From contig OZ242011.1 of NCBI GenBank assembly GCA_965204755.1, positions 3,648,001-3,712,000 on the forward strand: a DNA stretch of 64,000 nucleotides. The letters run 5' to 3'. The stretch is from Candidatus Marinacidobacterium sp. Its GTDB lineage: Bacteria > Acidobacteriota > Vicinamibacteria > Marinacidobacterales > Marinacidobacteraceae. A program made the position numbers and the translations under genes. The notes under the pieces were generated by a model, which searched no databases, was not told the DNA's origin, and saw nothing but the letters and a program-made list of their open reading frames with translations. This document shows, piece after piece, positions 30,202 through 40,592 of this stretch. Numbering within the stretch: position 1 is the first letter of the stretch; every line of letters begins with the position of its first letter.

Positions 30202-33200
30202 GCCTCTTCCGGCTGGCGCTCCGGGGGCTTCGCCACTATCGGCGGGAGCACGCCTTCCTCGGCGCGGCGACGGCGGCCGCGGTCACGGTGCTGGTGGGCG
30301 CCCTCGTGGTGGGGGACTCCGTCCGGGGGAGCCTCCTCGCCGCGTTTACGGCGCGTCTCGGCGCGGTCGAGCACGCCGTCCTCGCTTCGTCCCCGTTCTC
30401 GGCCGACCCGGAAACCGGGCTCGCGGCGCGGCTGGGGATGGATCCGGGGTTCGCTCACCGGTTCGCCGCCGCGGCGCCCGTCCTCCGGCGGGCCGGGACG
30501 GCGTTCGGGCCGGACGGGGCCCCGACGCCGGTCACGGTCTATGGCGTGGATCGCCGCTTCTTCGCCTTCCACGCCGGCGGGTCGGGCGGCCGGCGCGATC
30601 CGGAGGGGGAGGGGACCGGGTCGGGGACGGCGTTCGGCGACGAGATCGGACCCGGCGCGGTTCGGCTCAGCCGGGGGCTCCGGGAGGAGTGGGGGGAGCG
30701 GGCGCCCGGCCCCGGGGAGCCGCTGCTGCTCTCCGTCGAGAGCGACGCGGCGATCGCGGCCGCGTCGTTGTTCGGGGACAAGGAAGAGGTAGCGGCCGCG
30801 CTGCGCCGGACCGTGGAAGCGTGGCCGGCGCCGGCGCCGGGCCCCGGGGAGGGGGACTTCGAAGTCTTCCCCCGGCCCGGGCCGGTGCGGGCGGTGTTCC
30901 TTCCGCTCGACGAACTCGCCCGCGCCGGAAACGGGGATCGGGGAGCCCGGGGCGGCGGCGCGAACACGCTGCTGCTCCGACGCCGAAGTCCGGACGCCGC
31001 TCCGACCGCGCCCGACGAGCCGTCGGACTCCGCGGTGTTCGCTTCCGCCCTCGCCGCTTCGGCGGAACCGGGCGACTTCGGGTTGTCCCTGCGAGAGGCC
31101 GGCGACGGCTCCGGCGGGCGGGTGCTCGAGAGCCGCGGACTGGTCCTCGGAGAGCCGGTGGTGGAAGCCGCGACCCGGGCGGCGGAGGCCCTCGGCGCGG
31201 TCGCCGACCCGGTGCTGACCTGGCTCGCGGAGACGCTGTCTTCCGAAGGGCGGGAGACGCCGTACTCGCTGGTCTCCGGCCTTCCGGAGCGTCTTCTGCC
31301 GGAAGGGCCGGGGAGTTTCTTTCCCGGCGCCTGGCTTGCCGAGGACCTGGGATTGACGCCTGGCCTCCCGGTGGAGGCGGAGTTCCTCGCGTGGGAATCC
31401 GCCGGACGCTACGGCTCGCGCCGGGAGGCGTTCCTCTCGGGGGCGCCGCTCGACCCGGACGGGCTCGCCGGCGACCCGACCTTGTCACCGGAGTACCCGG
31501 GGGTGACGGACTCGGCGAGCATGGGCGATTGGGCGCCACCGTTCCCGGTGGACCTGTCCCGGATCCGCGAAAAGGACGAGGACTACTGGGAGCGCCGCCG
31601 GACCCTTCCCAAGGCCTTCCTGCCGCTCGAAGCCGCGCGGCATCTCTCGGGAGTGGAACCCGGCGGCGCGACTTCCGTCCGCTTCAGCGCCGCGCCGGGG
31701 AGCGGCGCCGCGCCGCCGGCGGAAGACGCCCTGGCCGCCGCGCTCGTCGCCGCGCTCGATCCGGCGGCGTTCGGGCTGGGCCTCGTCCCGGTGCGGGAGC
31801 AGGGGACGGAGGCTTCGCGCGGCGCCACCGACTTCGGTCTCTACTTCCTCTACTTCTCCTTCTTCCTGCTCGCGTCGTCGCTCGTCCTGATCGTGCTCCT
31901 GTTCCGGCTCGGCATCGAACGCCGGCTCCCGCAGATCGGCCTGCTCCTCGCCTGCGGCTGGCCGAGGAAGCGGGTCACCTCGCTGTTGCTCGCCGAGGCG
32001 GGAACCGTGGCCTTCCTGGGCGCCCTCGTCGGCGCGGCCGTCGGGCTCGCCTACGCCGCCGGGATGATCGAGTTGCTGACCGGGGCCTGGGGCGGCGCGG
32101 TGGCGGGCGCGTTCGCCGTCTCCGGCGGGGGGAGCGCCGGCCCGCCGCTGGAACTCTTCGCGAGTTGGCGGTCCGTGGCCACCGGCGCCTTCGGCGGACT
32201 GGAGATGGCGGCGCTGAGTTCCTGGTGGACCGCGCGCCGGCTGCTCGGGCGCGCTCCCCGCGCCCTCCTGGCCGGCGACCTCTCCGAGGAGCCGGCGGCA
32301 GGAGTCTGGCTCCCGGCGCCCGGCGTCTCGACGGAGGGCGGCGGGGGCCCCTCGGAGCGCGAGCCGGTCCCGGGGCGCTCCCGCCCGACCGCCGCTCTCG
32401 CTACGGCCGCGGCGGCGCTCGTCCTCGTCGCTCTCACCGGCTTCGGGGCGATCCCGGAAGCCGCGGGATTCTTCGGGGCCGGCGCCCTCCTCCTCGGCGC
32501 GGCGCTCCTGGGTGCCCGGACCATGCTCCGCGCGCGTTCGGCGTCGGCCGGGTCCCCGGCGCCTTCGAACAGACCGTTCGCCAGCGTTCGCGGGCTCGCG
32601 TTCCGGGCCTCCTCGTTCCGTCCGGGGCGCAGTCTGGCCGCGGTGGCGATGATCGCCTTCGCCGCGTTCCTCCTCGTCGCCGTGGAGTCGTTTCGCAAGG
32701 GCGGCGACCCGGGGGCGCTGCCCGCCGGCGCCGGCGGTTTCCTCGCCGTCACGGAGACCGTGTTGGGGACACCTTGGGATCCGACGGGTCCGGAGGGACG
32801 GGAGGCGCTGAACCTTCCGGGGGACCTCGGCGGCTTCCGGCTGACCCCGCTGCGCCTCGCCGGCGAGGAAGACGCCAGTTGCCTGAACCTCTACCGCCCG
32901 GATCGGCCGCGGGTCGTCGGCGCGCCGCGCCGGTTCACCGAGGAGAACCGGTTCCCGTTCGCGGCCCACCTCGGCGAGACCCCGGAGGAAGAGGAAAACC
33001 CCTGGCGCCTCCTCCGGCGGGAGCGGGCCGCGGGTGATCCGATACCGGTCGTCGGCGACCAGAACTCCATGACCTATGTGCTGAAGTGGCCGATCGGCGA
33101 GACCCGGAGCCTCGCCTTGGGCCCCGGCGGTGAGCCCGTGCGGCTGCTGTTGGTGGCCACCCTGTGGGACAGCATCTTCCAGGGCGAGTTGCTCATGGCG

Positions 33201-33803
33201 GAAGAGGACTTGCTCCGCAGCCTTCCGGCCGACGACGGGTACCGGATGTTCCTGGTCGACGAGGCCGGCGGGGCGGAGTCGGCCGGCGGGGCGGGGCCGG
33301 CCGACGGAACGCCTGGCCGGGAGGAAGCGGCCGCGGCGTTGCTCGCCGACGCGCTCGGCGACTACGGCGCCGTCTCGACCACCGCTCGGGCGCGGCTCGC
33401 CGCGTTCCACCGCGTGGAGAACGCGTACCTCTCGACCTTCCAGGCCCTCGGCGGGCTGGGTCTGCTGCTCGGGACGATCGGGCTCGGGGCCGCGCTCTTC
33501 CGCAGCGCCGCCGAGCGGCGCCGCGAGTGGGCGCTGCTCGCCGCCGCCGGCTACCGGAAACGGGACTTCTGGGAACTGGGGTTTTGGGAGAACGCGCTGC
33601 TGCTCGGCGGGGGCCTCGCCGCCGGGGCGGCGGCGGCGCTGGTGGCGGTCTTCCCGGTCCTCGGCGAGCGCGGCGGCGGCGGCAGCGCGTGGCTCCTGGC
33701 GCTCCTCCTGCTCGGCGTCCTCGCGCTCGGCCTGCTGGCCGGCGGCCTCGCCGCCCGCCTGAGCGCCGGCCATCCCCTGATCCCCGCCTTGCGCTCCGAA
33801 TGA
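30198..33803 (+). CDS. FtsX/MacB-like ABC transporter permease (duplicated, about 1200 aa)
   Basis: Two TM clusters with ERRxxIG/W motifs and large periplasmic loops; GTGA coupling to the ATPase gene. Confidence 0.88.
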   Translation: MSLFRLALRGLRHYRREHAFLGAATAAAVTVLVGALVVGDSVRGSLLAAFTARLGAVEHAVLASSPFSADPETGLAARLGMDPGFAHRFAAAAPVLRRAGTAFGPDGAPTPVTVYGVDRRFFAFHAGGSGGRRDPEGEGTGSGTAFGDEIGPGAVRLSRGLREEWGERAPGPGEPLLLSVESDAAIAAASLFGDKEEVAAALRRTVEAWPAPAPGPGEGDFEVFPRPGPVRAVFLPLDELARAGNGDRGARGGGANTLLLRRRSPDAAPTAPDEPSDSAVFASALAASAEPGDFGLSLREAGDGSGGRVLESRGLVLGEPVVEAATRAAEALGAVADPVLTWLAETLSSEGRETPYSLVSGLPERLLPEGPGSFFPGAWLAEDLGLTPGLPVEAEFLAWESAGRYGSRREAFLSGAPLDPDGLAGDPTLSPEYPGVTDSASMGDWAPPFPVDLSRIREKDEDYWERRRTLPKAFLPLEAARHLSGVEPGGATSVRFSAAPGSGAAPPAEDALAAALVAALDPAAFGLGLVPVREQGTEASRGATDFGLYFLYFSFFLLASSLVLIVLLFRLGIERRLPQIGLLLACGWPRKRVTSLLLAEAGTVAFLGALVGAAVGLAYAAGMIELLTGAWGGAVAGAFAVSGGGSAGPPLELFASWRSVATGAFGGLEMAALSSWWTARRLLGRAPRALLAGDLSEEPAAGVWLPAPGVSTEGGGGPSEREPVPGRSRPTAALATAAAALVLVALTGFGAIPEAAGFFGAGALLLGAALLGARTMLRARSASAGSPAPSNRPFASVRGLAFRASSFRPGRSLAAVAMIAFAAFLLVAVESFRKGGDPGALPAGAGGFLAVTETVLGTPWDPTGPEGREALNLPGDLGGFRLTPLRLAGEEDASCLNLYRPDRPRVVGAPRRFTEENRFPFAAHLGETPEEEENPWRLLRRERAAGDPIPVVGDQNSMTYVLKWPIGETRSLALGPGGEPVRLLLVATLWDSIFQGELLMAEEDLLRSLPADDGYRMFLVDEAGGAESAGGAGPADGTPGREEAAAALLADALGDYGAVSTTARARLAAFHRVENAYLSTFQALGGLGLLLGTIGLGAALFRSAAERRREWALLAAAGYRKRDFWELGFWENALLLGGGLAAGAAAALVAVFPVLGERGGGGSAWLLALLLLGVLALGLLAGGLAARLSAGHPLIPALRSE

Positions 33804-33876
33804 GCCGCTCGAGGTGACCCGGAGACGGCGTCGGTCCGCGAACCGGCGGGGAGCGGCCGGGGATACGATTCGGGCC

Positions 33877-36069
33877 ATGTCCAAAACCCGAATCGGTCTC
33901 GTTCTCTCCGGCGTCGCCGCGGCCGGTCTCGTCCCGCTCGCGGGCGCGCAGCCGCCGACTCCGGCTCGCGGCTTCCTGCCCGGCCAGTGGGCGGAACAGC
34001 GGGAGATCGAAGAGCGGTTCCGGAGCGTTCCCGACCCGGAGCGTCTTCGGGAGTACCTGGAATTCATGAGCGAGGAGCCGCACATCGCCGGGTTCGGCGA
34101 CGGGAGTCTCCGGGTCGCGCAGTACGCGCTCGAGAAGTTCCGGTCCTTCGGGCTCGACGCGGAGATCGAAGAGACCGAAGCGCTCATGCCGCTTCCGGTG
34201 GAGCGGCAGGTGGAAGTGCTCGGTCCGGAGCCCTACACCCTGCGGCTCGCCGAACCGGGCGTGCCCGAGGACGAGGACACCTCGGATGCCGGCCTGCTTC
34301 CCACCTACAACGCCTACGCCGCGGACGGCGATGTCTCCGCGGAAGTCGTCTATGTGAACTACGGCATTCCCGAGGACTACGAGACCCTCGCCGAACTCGG
34401 CGTCTCCGTCGAGGGGAAGATCGTGATCGCCCGTTACGGGCGCAGTTGGCGCGGCATCAAGGCGAAACTCGCGCAGGACAACGGCGCCGTCGGCGCGCTC
34501 CTCTATTCCGATCCGGAAGAAGACGGCTACTACCGGGGACTGACCTACCCCGAAGGTCCGTACCGTCCGAAGTGGGGCGTCCAGCGCGGTTCCATCATGG
34601 ACATGCCCACGCATCCCGGCGATCCGCTCACGCCGGGTTTCGGCGCCACCGAGGACCGCGAGAAACTCACCCGGGAAACCGCGCGCACGCTCGTCCGGAT
34701 TCCGGTGCTGCCCATCTCCTGGGGCGACGCCTACCCGATCCTGGAACAGTTGCGGGGAGAGCCGGCGCCGAACGACGACTGGAAGGGCGCGCTTCCCTTC
34801 ACCTACCACATCGGGCCGGGGCCGACGCGGGTTCGAATGCGCACCGCCTACGACTGGAAGGTGCGCAAACTGTTCAATGTGATCGCCCGCATCGAGGGTT
34901 CCGAGTACCCGGATGAATGGATCGTCCACGGGAACCACCACGACGGCTGGTGCAACGGCGCGACCGACCCGATCAGCGGCGCGGTCGCGCTCATGGAAAC
35001 CGCGCGCGGTTTCGGCGAACTGCTGGCGGCCGGACACCGTCCGCGCCGGACGGTGGTGTTCGCGCTCTGGGACGGCGAAGAGTGGGGTCTGCTCGGCTCC
35101 ACCGAATGGGCGGAGACCCACCGCGAGGCGCTCGGCGAGGGAGGCGTGGTCTATATCAACACCGATTCCACCGGCAAGGGTTGGCTCGGTCTTGCGGGAA
35201 GCCACACGCTCCAGAAATTCGTGAACGAGGTCGCGCGCGAAGTCACCGATCCGGAGCGGGGCGTCAGCGTGTTCGAAGCCGCCCGCGCCCGGAGACTGGA
35301 GACGGCGGCGAACCCGGAGGCGAGGGCGGAAATCGAACAGGGCGACGACCTCCGCCTCGGCGCCCTCGGCTCCGGTTCCGACTACACGGTCTTCATCGAC
35401 CATCTCACCATGGCCTCGCTGAATCTCGGTTTCGGAGGGGACAGTCCCGGAGGCGTGTACCACTCCAACTACGACACCTTCCATTGGTACGAGAAGTTCT
35501 CGGACTCGGAGTTCGTTTTCGGTCGGACGCTTTCGCAGGTGGTCGGGACGGCCATGTGGCGGCTCGCCAACGCCGCCGTGCTGCCGTTCGGCTTCACGGA
35601 CCTGGCGGCGGTGATGCGCGACTATGTGCAGGAGATCCGAGAGACCCACGCCGCGATGGAGTCGCCGCCGGAGATCGCCTTCGAATCCATCGAGCAGGCG
35701 CTCGACGCCCTCGAGGAAGCCGGGCAGGGATACGAACGGGCGCTCGCCTCGCTCAGCGGCGCGTCTTCGGAGAGCGTCCTCGGGAGTCCTCGACTCTCGC
35801 AGTTGAACCACTTGCTCTACACCTCGGAACGGCGGCTCGGCTATGAGGAGGGGCTGCCGAACCGGGAGTGGTTCCGCCACCAGGTCTATGCGCCCGGCTT
35901 CTTCACCGGATACGGGGTGAAGACGATTCCCGGCGTGCGGGAAGGGATCGAAGAGGAAGACTGGGAGGCGGCGCGCTTCTATGTGCGCGTCGTCTCGGAG
36001 TCGCTCTCTTCGCTGACCTCGCAGGTCCGGGAGGCGGAGGAGATCGTTCGCGGCCTCACCGGCGGATAG
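33877..36069 (+). CDS. M28 peptidase, glutamate carboxypeptidase II-like (PA + TfR dimer domains)
   Basis: YVNYG, NHHDGW, GATDP, WDGEEWGLLGS, GSGSDY and YHSNYD. Confidence 0.92.
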   Translation: MSKTRIGLVLSGVAAAGLVPLAGAQPPTPARGFLPGQWAEQREIEERFRSVPDPERLREYLEFMSEEPHIAGFGDGSLRVAQYALEKFRSFGLDAEIEETEALMPLPVERQVEVLGPEPYTLRLAEPGVPEDEDTSDAGLLPTYNAYAADGDVSAEVVYVNYGIPEDYETLAELGVSVEGKIVIARYGRSWRGIKAKLAQDNGAVGALLYSDPEEDGYYRGLTYPEGPYRPKWGVQRGSIMDMPTHPGDPLTPGFGATEDREKLTRETARTLVRIPVLPISWGDAYPILEQLRGEPAPNDDWKGALPFTYHIGPGPTRVRMRTAYDWKVRKLFNVIARIEGSEYPDEWIVHGNHHDGWCNGATDPISGAVALMETARGFGELLAAGHRPRRTVVFALWDGEEWGLLGSTEWAETHREALGEGGVVYINTDSTGKGWLGLAGSHTLQKFVNEVAREVTDPERGVSVFEAARARRLETAANPEARAEIEQGDDLRLGALGSGSDYTVFIDHLTMASLNLGFGGDSPGGVYHSNYDTFHWYEKFSDSEFVFGRTLSQVVGTAMWRLANAAVLPFGFTDLAAVMRDYVQEIRETHAAMESPPEIAFESIEQALDALEEAGQGYERALASLSGASSESVLGSPRLSQLNHLLYTSERRLGYEEGLPNREWFRHQVYAPGFFTGYGVKTIPGVREGIEEEDWEAARFYVRVVSESLSSLTSQVREAEEIVRGLTGG

Positions 36070-36191
36070 GCGGGAGGCCGACGGCGCCGCCGCCGGGGGT
36101 CGCCGGCGGCCTCAGGAACCGGCGGCGCCGAACCGGACGAGGCCGGAACGCCGGGGAACCGCCGACGGAAGCGGCTCGTATCGGGTTCGGC

Positions 36192-38648
36192 ATGGCCACA
36201 CTCGACACCGCGCGACGCCCCTCCGTTCTTCGCCTCGGCGCAGTCGCCGCCGTGGTGCTCGCCGGCGCCCTCGGTCCGGCGGAGGTGGCGGCGCAGACCG
36301 GTAGCCGCGAGGTTCGGGGCGTCGCACGGGACGCGGTCTCCGGGGAGCCGATCCCGGGAGTCACGGTGTCCGGCGGCGGCCGGGCGACGGTCACCGACGC
36401 CGAAGGCGCGTTCTCGATCTCGCTGCCGGCGGGGGCGCCCGGCCTGACCTTCGTCGCCGAGGGCTACTTCGAGGCGTCGGCGCCCCTGCCGCCGGAAGGC
36501 GCGGCCGCGCCGATGTCCGTGCGGATGCTGCCCCGGCGGATCACGGAAGAGGTCGAGGTCACCGCCGCCGCTCCGGGCCTCGCCCGGCCGTCGGCCACGG
36601 TCGTCCCTCCGGCGGAAGTGCTCGAAGTCGCCGGGACCGCGGACAACATCTTCCGCGCCCTCTCCACGCTTCCGGGAGTGGCCGCCACCGAGGACTTCGG
36701 CAGCCGGCTCGCCGTGCGCGGCGGGACTCCGGACCAGAACCTCACGCTCATGGACGGCGTGGAGATCCACAACCCCTATCGCCTCTTCGGACTGGTGAGC
36801 GCCTTCAATCCGGAAACCGTGGAGAGTTTCTCCCTCTCCGCCGGAGGTTTCGGCGCCGCCTACGGCGACCGCCTCTCTTCGCTGCTGATCGTCGAGAACC
36901 GGCCCGGTCAATCGAACCTGTCGGCCACTTCCTCGCTCAGCATCACCGACGGGAACCTGGTGGTCGAGGGGCCCCTGCCGGGTCCCGGCAGTTTCCTGTT
37001 GACCGGCCGGCGCACTTACTACGATGTGATCGTCGGCCGGGTGCTCGACCAGGACTTCCCTTCGTTCCTCGACACGCAGTTGCAGGCGAGATGGGAGTTC
37101 GCGAACGGGACCCGGCTGACCGCCATCGGTCTCCGCAGCCGCGAGGACACGCAGTTCTCCCAGCAGGGGGAGGAGGAACCGGAGCAGTTCGACTTCGTCT
37201 CGGACACTTCGAGCGACCTCGGCGCCCTGCGGCTGGACGCCGTGTTCGGCGAGCGGCTGACTTCGACGACGATCCTGTCGGCGTACCGCAACGCGGAACT
37301 CCTCGATTTCGAGGGGTCCTTCGTGGATGACGAAGACGGCCGGCCGGAGGAGATCTCTTTCGACCGGGAACTCGCGGTAACCGATGTCTCCCTGCGGCAG
37401 GAGTTCGCCCTGCGCCTCGGCGAAGCGCACCGTTTCGAGTTCGGCGCCGAACTCCATCGGCTCGACTCCGGAATCGAGCAGAGTATCCGCGGCGACCGCA
37501 ACGAGGACGTGGCGAACCCGAGCAGCGTTCTCGGTGGAAGCGCCTTGCCGGACTTCCTGGACTCCGATCTCTCCGGGCTTCGGGGCGGCGCCTGGATCCA
37601 GGACACCTTCACTCCGGGGGAGCGCCTCTCGTTCGAACCGGGCCTGAGGCTCGACTGGAACAGCCTGAACGGCGGGAGCACGATCTCGCCCCGGCTCGCC
37701 GTCGGATGGGACTTCGGGAACGGCCTTCGGGCCCGCGCCGCCGGCGGCGTTTACACGCAGAGCCCGGGTTACGAAAAGTTGATCCAGTCGGACTACTTCC
37801 TCGACCTGTCCCGGCTGAAGGAAGACGGGCTCCGCTACGAGCGCGCGCTCCATGCGGTCGTCGGGCTGGAAAAGACCTTCGGAACCGGGATCCGCCTTCG
37901 CGTCGAGGGCTACCGCAAGAGATTCGAAGACCTGCTGGTCGGGCGGCTGGAGACGGACCCGGAGCGCGCCCTGAGGTTGGCCGCCTACGACTTCCCGGCG
38001 GCGCTTCGGGACAGCGTTCCGCGGCGGGCGCAAATCACGATCTCCCCGGTGAACGGCGGCGCGGGCAACGCCTACGGCCTCGACTTCTATCTCGAGCGCC
38101 TCGACCCCGCGGCCCGCCTCGGCGGCTGGCTCAGTTATGCCTGGGGCCGGGCCGAGCGGGAGACCTACGGAGAGCGCTACCCGTTCGAGTACGACCGGCC
38201 CCACGCGGGGAATGCGGTCGCGCGGTTCCGCGTGAGCGACCGCTTCGCGGTGGCGGGGACCTTCCGACTGGCGAGCGGGTTCCCCTATACGCCGGCCGTC
38301 GGCATTCGGGTCGCGGCGGCCCCCGACGAGCGCGGTCTACTGGTTCCCTCGACCGACGAAACCGGGGCGCCCGTCTATCAGGCCGACCTGGGCGGCGTGG
38401 AGAACCTCCACCGGGCGCGCCTGCCGCACTACTCCCGGCTCGACCTCCGCCTCACTTACCGCCACGGCGGCCCCGCGGGGCGGTGGTCGGTCTATGCCGA
38501 AGTCATCAACGCGCTGAACCGGGAGAACGCCATCGCCATGGCCCATGCGGTGACGGCCGATCCGGACACCGGAGTTCCGACCCTCGAGGAAGTGCCGACG
38601 AGCGGGTTCCCGAGGGTGCCCACGATCGGAATCCGTTTCCGGTTCTGA
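36192..38648 (+). CDS. TonB-dependent receptor with carboxypeptidase-regulatory N-domain
   Basis: LPGV, VRGGTPDQNL and GGFGAAYGDRLSS plug motifs; C-terminal aromatic IRFRF. Confidence 0.9.
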   Translation: MATLDTARRPSVLRLGAVAAVVLAGALGPAEVAAQTGSREVRGVARDAVSGEPIPGVTVSGGGRATVTDAEGAFSISLPAGAPGLTFVAEGYFEASAPLPPEGAAAPMSVRMLPRRITEEVEVTAAAPGLARPSATVVPPAEVLEVAGTADNIFRALSTLPGVAATEDFGSRLAVRGGTPDQNLTLMDGVEIHNPYRLFGLVSAFNPETVESFSLSAGGFGAAYGDRLSSLLIVENRPGQSNLSATSSLSITDGNLVVEGPLPGPGSFLLTGRRTYYDVIVGRVLDQDFPSFLDTQLQARWEFANGTRLTAIGLRSREDTQFSQQGEEEPEQFDFVSDTSSDLGALRLDAVFGERLTSTTILSAYRNAELLDFEGSFVDDEDGRPEEISFDRELAVTDVSLRQEFALRLGEAHRFEFGAELHRLDSGIEQSIRGDRNEDVANPSSVLGGSALPDFLDSDLSGLRGGAWIQDTFTPGERLSFEPGLRLDWNSLNGGSTISPRLAVGWDFGNGLRARAAGGVYTQSPGYEKLIQSDYFLDLSRLKEDGLRYERALHAVVGLEKTFGTGIRLRVEGYRKRFEDLLVGRLETDPERALRLAAYDFPAALRDSVPRRAQITISPVNGGAGNAYGLDFYLERLDPAARLGGWLSYAWGRAERETYGERYPFEYDRPHAGNAVARFRVSDRFAVAGTFRLASGFPYTPAVGIRVAAAPDERGLLVPSTDETGAPVYQADLGGVENLHRARLPHYSRLDLRLTYRHGGPAGRWSVYAEVINALNRENAIAMAHAVTADPDTGVPTLEEVPTSGFPRVPTIGIRFRF

Positions 38649-38696
38649 CGACCGTCGGCGAACCGGGCGCGTACACTTTTCCGCCGCGGCCGGCTC

Positions 38697-40523
38697 TTGC
38701 CGGCCGCGGCTCCCTTGTACCGACCCTCCCCGTCCTCGATCTTCGGCCGACCCGGGCCCCGGGGGGGCGGACTCAGGGCGATCTCGACCGCGCTTTCGGG
38801 AGCGGCGGCGCTGTTCGGCGGGGCCGCCTGCGGAGGGAGCGGGTTCGGGACGAATCCGGAGCAGCCGCCGAATGTGGTGCTGATCCTGGTGGACGACCTC
38901 GGCTATCGCGATGTGGGTTTCATGGGAGCGACCGAGATTGCGACGCCGAACCTGGATCGGCTCGCGGCGGAAGGCGTCGTTTTCGAAGCGGGCTATGTGG
39001 CGCATCCGGCCTGCACGCCGTCGCGCGCCGGGCTGGTCACCGGCAGATACCCGGCCCGATACGGCATGGACGGGAATTTGGCCTATGCGCCCTTCGATCC
39101 GCACCACGGACTGCCGGTGGAAGAAACCACTTTCGTCCGCCTGCTTCGGGACGCCGGTTACCGCACCGGACTGATGGGGAAGTGGCATCTCGGCGCCGCC
39201 CCCGACTTCCTGCCCCGCGTGCGGGGTTTCGAGGAGTTCGTCGGCTTCCTCGACGGCGTCCACCACTACTGGGGGCGCGAAGTGGACGCCGGAGCCCCGT
39301 ACGAAGCGGCGAGGCAACCGATCATCGAGAACACCGAGCCGGCGCGCCTGGCCGGCGACGAGTACCTGACCGACTACCTGACCGACCGGGCCATCGAGTT
39401 CGCGCGCCGGCCGGCCGCGCCGTTCTTCCTCTATCTCTCGTACAACGCCCCGCACCGTCCGCTGCAGGCCCCGCGGGAACTCATCGCGAAGTACGACCGG
39501 GTTCCGAACGAACGCCGACGGCGGTACTTGGCGATGGTGGATTCGCTCGACCGGAATGTGGGGCGGCTGCTCGACGCGCTGGAAGCGAGCGGGAAGCGCG
39601 AGGACACCGTGGTTTTCTTCCTGAGCGACAACGGCGGCGTCCACCCCGAGAGGTCCGGGCCGACGAACGACTTCGCGGACAACGGCCCGCTTCGGAACGG
39701 GAAGGGCAGCCTCTACGAGGGCGGCATCCGCGTGCCGTTCGCCGCCTCCTGGCCGGCGCGCTGGCCGCGCGGCGCGACCTACGGGCCGATGGTCATCAGT
39801 CTCGACATCGCCGCTACGGTGCTGGCGCTCGCCGGCGTCGAGCCGGAACGCCCGCTCGACGGCGTGGACCTCGATCCGTTCCTCTCGGGCGAAGCGGAGG
39901 GGTCTCCCCACGACCTGCTGTTCTGGCGCAACGGGACGGAATACGCCGTGCGGAGCGCGGACCGCAAACTCGTGCAGCACGGCGACGATCCCCCGGAACT
40001 GTTCTCTCTGGCGGACGACCTCGGGGAGTCCCGGAACCGCCTGCCCGAAGAGGCCGAGAGCGCGAGCGACCTCGCCGCCCGGTGGAGCGAGTGGAACCGG
40101 GCGAACACGGGGCCGCGCATCCGCAGCCGGGGGGAATACGACCGGATCCTCACCGCGTACCTGGACGATCGGGAACGCGCGCAGGCGGCTGCCGCGGAGT
40201 CCGGGGAGTGCCGCATCCGGGCCGTCGTCGGCGCGTCCCCGCCTCCGCCGCCGGTCGGCCTCCGGGCGGTTCGCCGCGACGGCGGAATCGAACTCCGCTG
40301 GCCGCGGGCGAGCGACCCGGGCGCCATCCTGTCTTGGGAGTACCGGTTCCGTCAGCCGGGAGGCGGCGATTGGAGCGGCTGGCAGCGAGTCTATGGGGCT
40401 TCCGGGTGTCTCGACCGCGTCGGGGTAGCCAATGCTCCGCCTGAGGGCGCCGTGGAGGTCGAGTTGCGCGCCCGGAATGCGTCGGGCGTCGGGGCCGCGG
40501 CCCGAGTCGCGTCCACTCCCTGA
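38697..40523 (+). CDS. Cys-type sulfatase (S1) with C-terminal fibronectin-III-like domain
   Basis: PNVVLILVDDLG, CTPSRAGLVTG, GKWHLG, SDNGG and YEGGIRVP; C-terminal PVGLRA...LRW...YRFR...ELRARNASGVG. Start is uncertain. Confidence 0.88.
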   Translation: MPAAAPLYRPSPSSIFGRPGPRGGGLRAISTALSGAAALFGGAACGGSGFGTNPEQPPNVVLILVDDLGYRDVGFMGATEIATPNLDRLAAEGVVFEAGYVAHPACTPSRAGLVTGRYPARYGMDGNLAYAPFDPHHGLPVEETTFVRLLRDAGYRTGLMGKWHLGAAPDFLPRVRGFEEFVGFLDGVHHYWGREVDAGAPYEAARQPIIENTEPARLAGDEYLTDYLTDRAIEFARRPAAPFFLYLSYNAPHRPLQAPRELIAKYDRVPNERRRRYLAMVDSLDRNVGRLLDALEASGKREDTVVFFLSDNGGVHPERSGPTNDFADNGPLRNGKGSLYEGGIRVPFAASWPARWPRGATYGPMVISLDIAATVLALAGVEPERPLDGVDLDPFLSGEAEGSPHDLLFWRNGTEYAVRSADRKLVQHGDDPPELFSLADDLGESRNRLPEEAESASDLAARWSEWNRANTGPRIRSRGEYDRILTAYLDDRERAQAAAAESGECRIRAVVGASPPPPPVGLRAVRRDGGIELRWPRASDPGAILSWEYRFRQPGGGDWSGWQRVYGASGCLDRVGVANAPPEGAVEVELRARNASGVGAAARVASTP

Positions 40524-40592
40524 ACCGGCGCCGCCGGGCCGCCCGCGCTCTCCGGACGCCGCTCCGGCCGGGGGTCGCGCGGATGCGGGCGC

